Assembly (NCBI GenBank): GCA_030141605.1
Contig: JAQGDQ010002391.1
Coordinates: 1 to 64,000, forward strand
Source of the DNA: Tubiluchus corallicola
Lineage: Eukaryota; Animalia; Priapulida
Length of the DNA: 64,000 nt
Direction: 5' to 3'
Below are positions 59,137-64,000 of the stretch, piece after piece (positions within the stretch are counted from its first letter, which is position 1; each line of letters starts with the position of its first letter). Made by a program: the position numbers and the translations under genes. The notes below the pieces were generated by a model. That model did not search any database and was not told the origin of the DNA. It saw nothing but the letters and a program-made list of their open reading frames with translations.

Positions 59137-62100
59137 CTATAAATTTACGTTTATCCCTAATAAATAGGTAGTAGCTGCTGGATAATTACTCCTATCTACC
59201 CCAATATCTAAATTATCGTTATATCCTCCTATTTCTGGATCCATACCCTCATACTTTGTAATAGTAAATAAGTTATGTATTTGAGCGTAAACTCTCGCAC
59301 CTTTTAGCCCTATATTTCGTGAAAAATTTTTAGGAATCTTATATCCTATTTCTATTGTTTTTAACCTCAAATAAGAACCATCTTCAATAAAATAGGAAGA
59401 TGGTGCTAATTCATTATTTGTATTTTTTGTAGAAACAGCTGGCACATAAGCACCTGTGTTTTCAGGTGTCCAAGCATCTAAAACCCTACTATGTTTATTA
59501 AACGGATTAGCAAAAAAATCTGTTTCATAACGTGTAAAATTATAAATATCATTTCCTTGCACACCATAAAAAAACATTTGAAAATCCCAATTTTTATATC
59601 CTGCACTTACTGTAATTCCATAAGTAAAATCTGGAATAGGACTACCTATAAACGTGCGATCATCTGCATTTATTTCACCATCGCCATTGACATCTTTATA
59701 CTTTAACCGTCCCACTTCCGCACCTTCTTGCGTTGCGTGTTCGTCTATTTCTTCTTGGCTCGAAAAAATACCTTCTACCACATATCCATAAAAAGAGGAA
59801 ATTGGCTGCCCTACTGCTGTTCTCGTTAGTTCAAAGCCACGAGTCAAATAATTACTAACAGGGCCAGGTATATAATCTATACCTTCTTCTAAACGCACCA
59901 ATTCATTACTTAAAAAAGTCATATTATAATCTACCGACAAACGAAAATCATCCGTAATTTGCTTATTATAGCTTAAAACAAACTCAAAACCTTTGTTAGA
60001 CATATCACCAGCATTAATGTAAGGAGCCATTACTGCTCCTGCAGACGCAGGAATGCCTTGTTGAACTAATAAATCCTTTGTCTTTTTATCATACCAATCC
60101 AAAGTCAAAATATAAGTTCCCTTAAAGAGACTCATATCCAACCCCACATTTATCTGCTCTGTTGTTTCCCATTTCAAATTAGTATTTCCATAACTTTGTA
60201 ATGCATAGCCAGTTTCTACACTAGAATTTGAACCATAAATATCATAATTCGTATTATACAAATTAAAACCATATGTAGAGTAATAGGCATAATTATCTAT
60301 TTCTTGATTACCGGTTTGCCCCCAACCTGCACGTAGCTTTAAATTACTTAAAAAGCTAAAATTATCCATAAAATTTTCTTCTGACACTCTCCAAGCTCCA
60401 GAAAATGCAGGAAAAATACCTGAGTTATTTTCAGGGCCTAATTTTGAAGAAGCATCATTACGAACTGTAACACCCAAAAGATACTTGTCCTTTAAAATAT
60501 AATCAAGGCGAGAAAACTGCGAATACAAACGAGATTTGTAAGCAAACCCTGTATTCTGCTGCTCTCCTTCACCTGCATCCAAGTATTGATAATTAGGATC
60601 ATCTATAGCAAATCCATAACGAAAACCCGTAAGTTCCTCATAGTAGTTTTCTATCGCTTCTATACCTAATAAAACTTTAAAATTATGGTCGCCTATATGA
60701 AGATTGTAATTCAAGGTATTAGACCACGTCCAACTATAAGATAAGGAATTTACCACCGTCAGCGAACTTTCTTCCCTCTGTGTAATACCCTCTTGAAAAG
60801 AAGGTAGGAACTCACTATAACGATAATCCTCTCTATATCCACCTAAATTAGTCTTAAAATGCAAATTATCCAATATCTTTAAATCTAAATACATATTGCC
60901 TAATATCTGCAATTTTTTCTTCACATTATCCTTTCCCCTATACAGAGTTCCAATAGGATTCTGCATATCTCCCAGACCATCTTCGGGACCTGCAAAATTT
61001 CCATTAACATCATAAACAGGAATAATAGAAGGCATCTTGTATAAATCTCCTATAATCCCACCTATTGCTTCATTTCTCACATCTCCTACTCTATTTGAAG
61101 AAGACAATGTTAAATTTTCCCCTACTGTTATTCTATCATTAAAGAAATCGTAAGAATTATTTAAACGAACGTTAAAACGATCGTATGAAGTATATTTTAA
61201 AATTCCTTCTTCATTATAATAAGATAGCCCTAAAAGACTGCGGCTATTTTTACTACCCTTACTAATTGTTAAATCATAGTTCTGCAAAAAAGCAGGGTTG
61301 AAAGCCTCATCGAACCAATCCGTATTAGCAGAAGGCGTTGTCTCCTGCGCATTTAAAAACGGTGGTATTGATGGAGTAGGCCCACTACCATAAATCGGAT
61401 GACTTTGCTCCATTCCATCATTACTATAAGCCTGCCATAGTACTTGACCATATTCTTCTGCCGAAAGCATATTTGGTAAATTAACAGGAGTCTTGACAGC
61501 TGAATAAACATTTAATGTCATACTTACTTTATCTTCCTCACCTTTTGCTTGTTTTGTAGTAATTATAACTACTCCATTGGCTGCACGAGAGCCATAAATA
61601 GATGCAGAAGAAGCATCCTTTAACACTTGAATACTTTCAATTTCGGAAGGCACAACTACATCGTTGATAGAAGCAACAGGAATACCATCTACAATATACA
61701 AGGGGTCATTGTTACCTATTGTGCTAAAACCTCGTATTCTAATATTTGTATTACCACCTGGATCTCCTGAGCTAGATATTGTTATACCAGCCATTTTTCC
61801 TTGTATCGCTTGTTCCACAGAAGGAGTAGCTTGTCCTCTAACCTCATCAACATTCACAGTAGATACTGCTCCTGTTAAATCTTGTTTTCGTTGCGTAGTA
61901 TAACCCGTAACAACCACATCTTCTAAACCTACTGCGTCATTTTGCATTACAATATTTATAATAGCTCTTCCTCCCACCACAAATTCTTGCTGCTTATACC
62001 CAATAAAAGAAACTTGCACCACATCTCCCTCATCCACCTGTAAAGAATAGTTGCCATCTATATCTGTAACTGTTCCTTTAGCTGTTCCTTTCACCACAAT

Positions 62101-62259
62101 ATTTACTCCAATGAGGGTTTCTTCTTCAGAATCTGTAACTGTTCCCTGCAACAATTTAGCCTGTGCAAATGTAATCGTAATGCAACTCATTAGCACCACC
62201 AGCAATGCAAATAAAAAATATTTACATCTTAAAACATTTATAAAAACTGTTTTATTCAT
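59137..62259 (-). CDS. susC: SusC/RagA TonB-dependent transporter (second pair)
   Basis: VLKDASSASIYGSRAANGVVIITTK, LKWETTEQ, IEDGSYLRLK, YEGMDPEIG. Confidence 0.97.
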   Translation of the reverse strand: MNKTVFINVLRCKYFLFALLVVLMSCITITFAQAKLLQGTVTDSEEETLIGVNIVVKGTAKGTVTDIDGNYSLQVDEGDVVQVSFIGYKQQEFVVGGRAIINIVMQNDAVGLEDVVVTGYTTQRKQDLTGAVSTVNVDEVRGQATPSVEQAIQGKMAGITISSSGDPGGNTNIRIRGFSTIGNNDPLYIVDGIPVASINDVVVPSEIESIQVLKDASSASIYGSRAANGVVIITTKQAKGEEDKVSMTLNVYSAVKTPVNLPNMLSAEEYGQVLWQAYSNDGMEQSHPIYGSGPTPSIPPFLNAQETTPSANTDWFDEAFNPAFLQNYDLTISKGSKNSRSLLGLSYYNEEGILKYTSYDRFNVRLNNSYDFFNDRITVGENLTLSSSNRVGDVRNEAIGGIIGDLYKMPSIIPVYDVNGNFAGPEDGLGDMQNPIGTLYRGKDNVKKKLQILGNMYLDLKILDNLHFKTNLGGYREDYRYSEFLPSFQEGITQREESSLTVVNSLSYSWTWSNTLNYNLHIGDHNFKVLLGIEAIENYYEELTGFRYGFAIDDPNYQYLDAGEGEQQNTGFAYKSRLYSQFSRLDYILKDKYLLGVTVRNDASSKLGPENNSGIFPAFSGAWRVSEENFMDNFSFLSNLKLRAGWGQTGNQEIDNYAYYSTYGFNLYNTNYDIYGSNSSVETGYALQSYGNTNLKWETTEQINVGLDMSLFKGTYILTLDWYDKKTKDLLVQQGIPASAGAVMAPYINAGDMSNKGFEFVLSYNKQITDDFRLSVDYNMTFLSNELVRLEEGIDYIPGPVSNYLTRGFELTRTAVGQPISSFYGYVVEGIFSSQEEIDEHATQEGAEVGRLKYKDVNGDGEINADDRTFIGSPIPDFTYGITVSAGYKNWDFQMFFYGVQGNDIYNFTRYETDFFANPFNKHSRVLDAWTPENTGAYVPAVSTKNTNNELAPSSYFIEDGSYLRLKTIEIGYKIPKNFSRNIGLKGARVYAQIHNLFTITKYEGMDPEIGGYNDNLDIGVDRSNYPAATTYLLGINVNL

Positions 62260-62279
62260 CTTTTAAAGTTTTAGATTTA

Positions 62280-62585
62280 CTAATTATAACACGTATTTTG
62301 AACAATCACACCACCAGCTTCATTTTATTTCTGAGAAATAGATAAAAGTTCATACTTTCCTCATAGTAAAACCTTTATATCCCTGAACATTGGAAGCATC
62401 TCTCCACCTTATTAAGTCAAAAAAGTGAATACTCCCAAGTTCTATTCTACTTTTCTTTCTCTTTTAATATTTTCAAATGTTTCTTCATCTATTTTTTTTA
62501 ATGCTTTCTATCCAAAAACTTTTTACCACAAAATACCGTACTTAGAAACAAAAAACCTTCACATATTTTTTATGTTGTTTTTCAT
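62280..62585 (-). pseudogene. Collapsed susD remnant
   Basis: Across frameshifts: MKNNIK..FLFLSTVFCGKKFLDRK / ETFENIKRERKVE / HFFDLIRWRDA..KGFT / GKYELLSISQ..EAGGVIVQNTCY; SusD N- and C-terminal motifs with the middle missing. Confidence 0.8.
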
Positions 62586-62722
62586 CTTTCAACTATATTT
62601 ACTGGCTTACAATTGGCAAAATCCCGTATATCTACTTACAAAAAAAGCATATCAAATATTTACTTTTTTTTTTATAAATATAACTTTTTTTGTATAAATA
62701 TAACTTTTTTTGTAAATAATAA

Positions 62723-62878
62723 AAATTAGAAAACACTAAAAAGTTGGAAACTTTACGTTTGTTGAGAAAATAGATTAAGCATAAGATGCATCGTTATACA
62801 ATTATGTAGACATTGAAAATAGATGCTCTCAAAGATTTAGAAAATGCGAATAAATTACTCAAAGAAAATAAGCTTTAA
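62723..62878 (+). pseudogene. 3' fragment of a KdsB-like (CMP-Kdo synthetase) gene
   Basis: Across frameshifts: KLENTKKLETLRLL/ENRLSIRCIV/NYVDIE/IDALKDLENANKLLKENKL*, resembling KdsB LE..E.LEQLR.LENG..I......Y..I.IDTPEDLE.A. Confidence 0.6.
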
Positions 62879-62937
62879 GTAGTTTAAATATTTCTTGCTA
62901 CAACACATTATATAGTTTGCAAATCAGCAGATCTCAT

Positions 62938-63651
62938 TTATTGTAAACATTTCAAATATTTTTTTATAGTAGTTTCAAGACCATAGTAAAGAGCATCAGA
63001 AATAAGTGCGTGCCCAATAGAAACCTCTACTATTTCAGGTATATTTTGGCTAAAATAAGCGAGGTTTTCTAAACTAAGGTCGTGTCCTGCATTTACTTGC
63101 AAATCTAGTGATATAGCATGATGTGTCGCATTTTGGAAGGGAATTATAGCTTGCTCTTTATCTTTGGTATAATTGATAGCATAAGGTTCAGTGTAAAGTT
63201 CTACTCTGTCCGTTCCTGTTTCTTTTGCTCCATCTATGTTTTTAAGGTTAGTATCTACAAATAAAGAAGTTCTTATGCCTGCATCTTGGAATTCTTTTAC
63301 AATATCTATAAGATAATTCTTATGTTTCTGTGTATCCCATCCTGCATTAGAGGTAAGGGCATCTGGGGGGTCCGGAACAAGGGTTACTTGTGTGGGATGT
63401 ATTTTTTTGACAAGTTGTATAAATTTCTTTGAAGGATAACCTTCTACATTAAATTCTGTGGTAACAATAGGTCTAATATCTATAGCATCTTGATAGCGTA
63501 TGTGCCTTTCATCAGGTCTTGGATGTATAGTAATGCCCTCTGCTCCAAACTTTTGACAGTCTTTGGCTGTCTGTAATAAATTAGGCACATTGCCTCCTCG
63601 CGCATTGCGTATGGTGGCTATTTTATTAATATTTACACTTAGTTGTGTCAT
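62938..63651 (-). CDS. pdxJ: Pyridoxine 5'-phosphate synthase
   Basis: [44 protein letters not shown]. Confidence 0.97.
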   Translation of the reverse strand: MTQLSVNINKIATIRNARGGNVPNLLQTAKDCQKFGAEGITIHPRPDERHIRYQDAIDIRPIVTTEFNVEGYPSKKFIQLVKKIHPTQVTLVPDPPDALTSNAGWDTQKHKNYLIDIVKEFQDAGIRTSLFVDTNLKNIDGAKETGTDRVELYTEPYAINYTKDKEQAIIPFQNATHHAISLDLQVNAGHDLSLENLAYFSQNIPEIVEVSIGHALISDALYYGLETTIKKYLKCLQ

Positions 63652-63707
63652 TTTTTTTTTATCTAAAAGGATTTATCTTTACAAAAAAAATAAAAAAACT
63701 AATAACT

Positions 63708-64000
63708 ATGTTAGTAAAAGAGATTGTTTCTAATAACATTCCTACTATTTCTAAATCTAAGATAAATGGAAGTATTTTATCTATAATGAAGGAATTTAAT
63801 GTACTGCACTTGCCAATTGTAAATGATAAAAATTATATTGGCTTGATTTCAAAAGATGATGTTAATGATCTTATAAACGAAAAGCAACCTCGCCAACTTT
63901 CTTTAATGTCACCTTTCATCTTTGAGGAACAACATATTTATGAAGCTTTCTTACTTATCTCTAAATTAAAATTATCTGTTTTACCTGTATTAAATAAAAA
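63708..64000 (+). CDS. CBS domain-containing protein (3' partial; not in the ORF track)
   Basis: MLVKEIVSNNIPTI...MKEFNVLHLPIVNDKNYIGLISKDD...EEQHIYE...LSVLPVLN, open to the window end. Confidence 0.88.
   Translation, partial: MLVKEIVSNNIPTISKSKINGSILSIMKEFNVLHLPIVNDKNYIGLISKDDVNDLINEKQPRQLSLMSPFIFEEQHIYEAFLLISKLKLSVLPVLNK

Noticed and set aside
9519-62266. Many short antisense or overlapping ORFs (e.g. 9519-9935, 42212-42649, 45921-46940, 47922-48413)
   Set aside because: They shadow well-supported genes on the opposite strand and carry no recognizable motifs.
62425-62697. 90 aa plus-strand ORF
   Set aside because: Low-complexity F/I-rich translation lying antisense to the susD remnant.
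35750-62930. Carbohydrate block as an active mobile element
   Set aside because: No integrase, transposase, tra/mob gene, tRNA target or terminal repeat was found.

Overview
AT-rich chromosomal window from a Bacteroidota bacterium, probably Bacteroidales/Marinilabiliales-like (TAnnTTTG promoters, SusC/D pairs, T9SS-linked genes, nqrA-F). The left 35.7 kb is mostly core genes: alaS 3' end, recR, miaA, nqrA-F, hemC, rny, 6S RNA, zapA, rimO, RNase P RNA, queF, ferritin, lolA, ftsK, hemW and nadK. Two accessory inserts interrupt it. One is a GLUG-repeat surface lipoprotein whose internal repeats differ almost only at amino-acid-changing sites. The other is a divergent T9SS cargo/PorP/PorE-like trio. 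Positions 35.9-62.9 kb hold a ~27 kb carbohydrate block between nadK and pdxJ. It contains a pectin PUL joined to galacturonate catabolism (uxaA-uxaB-susC-susD-SGBP-2xPL1-DUF4861-GH105-GH28, fbp-uxaC), a LacI regulator with visible candidate operators, and a second susC/D pair with no adjacent CAZymes. Translating the intergenic gaps by hand shows gene remnants missed by the ORF track: a collapsed Tat-signal CE12 esterase, a collapsed susD, a kdsB-like 3' fragment and a 5' stub of a GLUG paralog. It also shows two single-base frameshifts and a LacI gene without a canonical start codon. No CRISPR, transposase, integrase, reverse transcriptase, tRNA or rRNA was seen. I cannot demonstrate a wholly new system; the strongest leads are the diversifying repeat lipoprotein and the composite, decaying PUL. 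Family calls rest on motif recognition from memory, not database searches.
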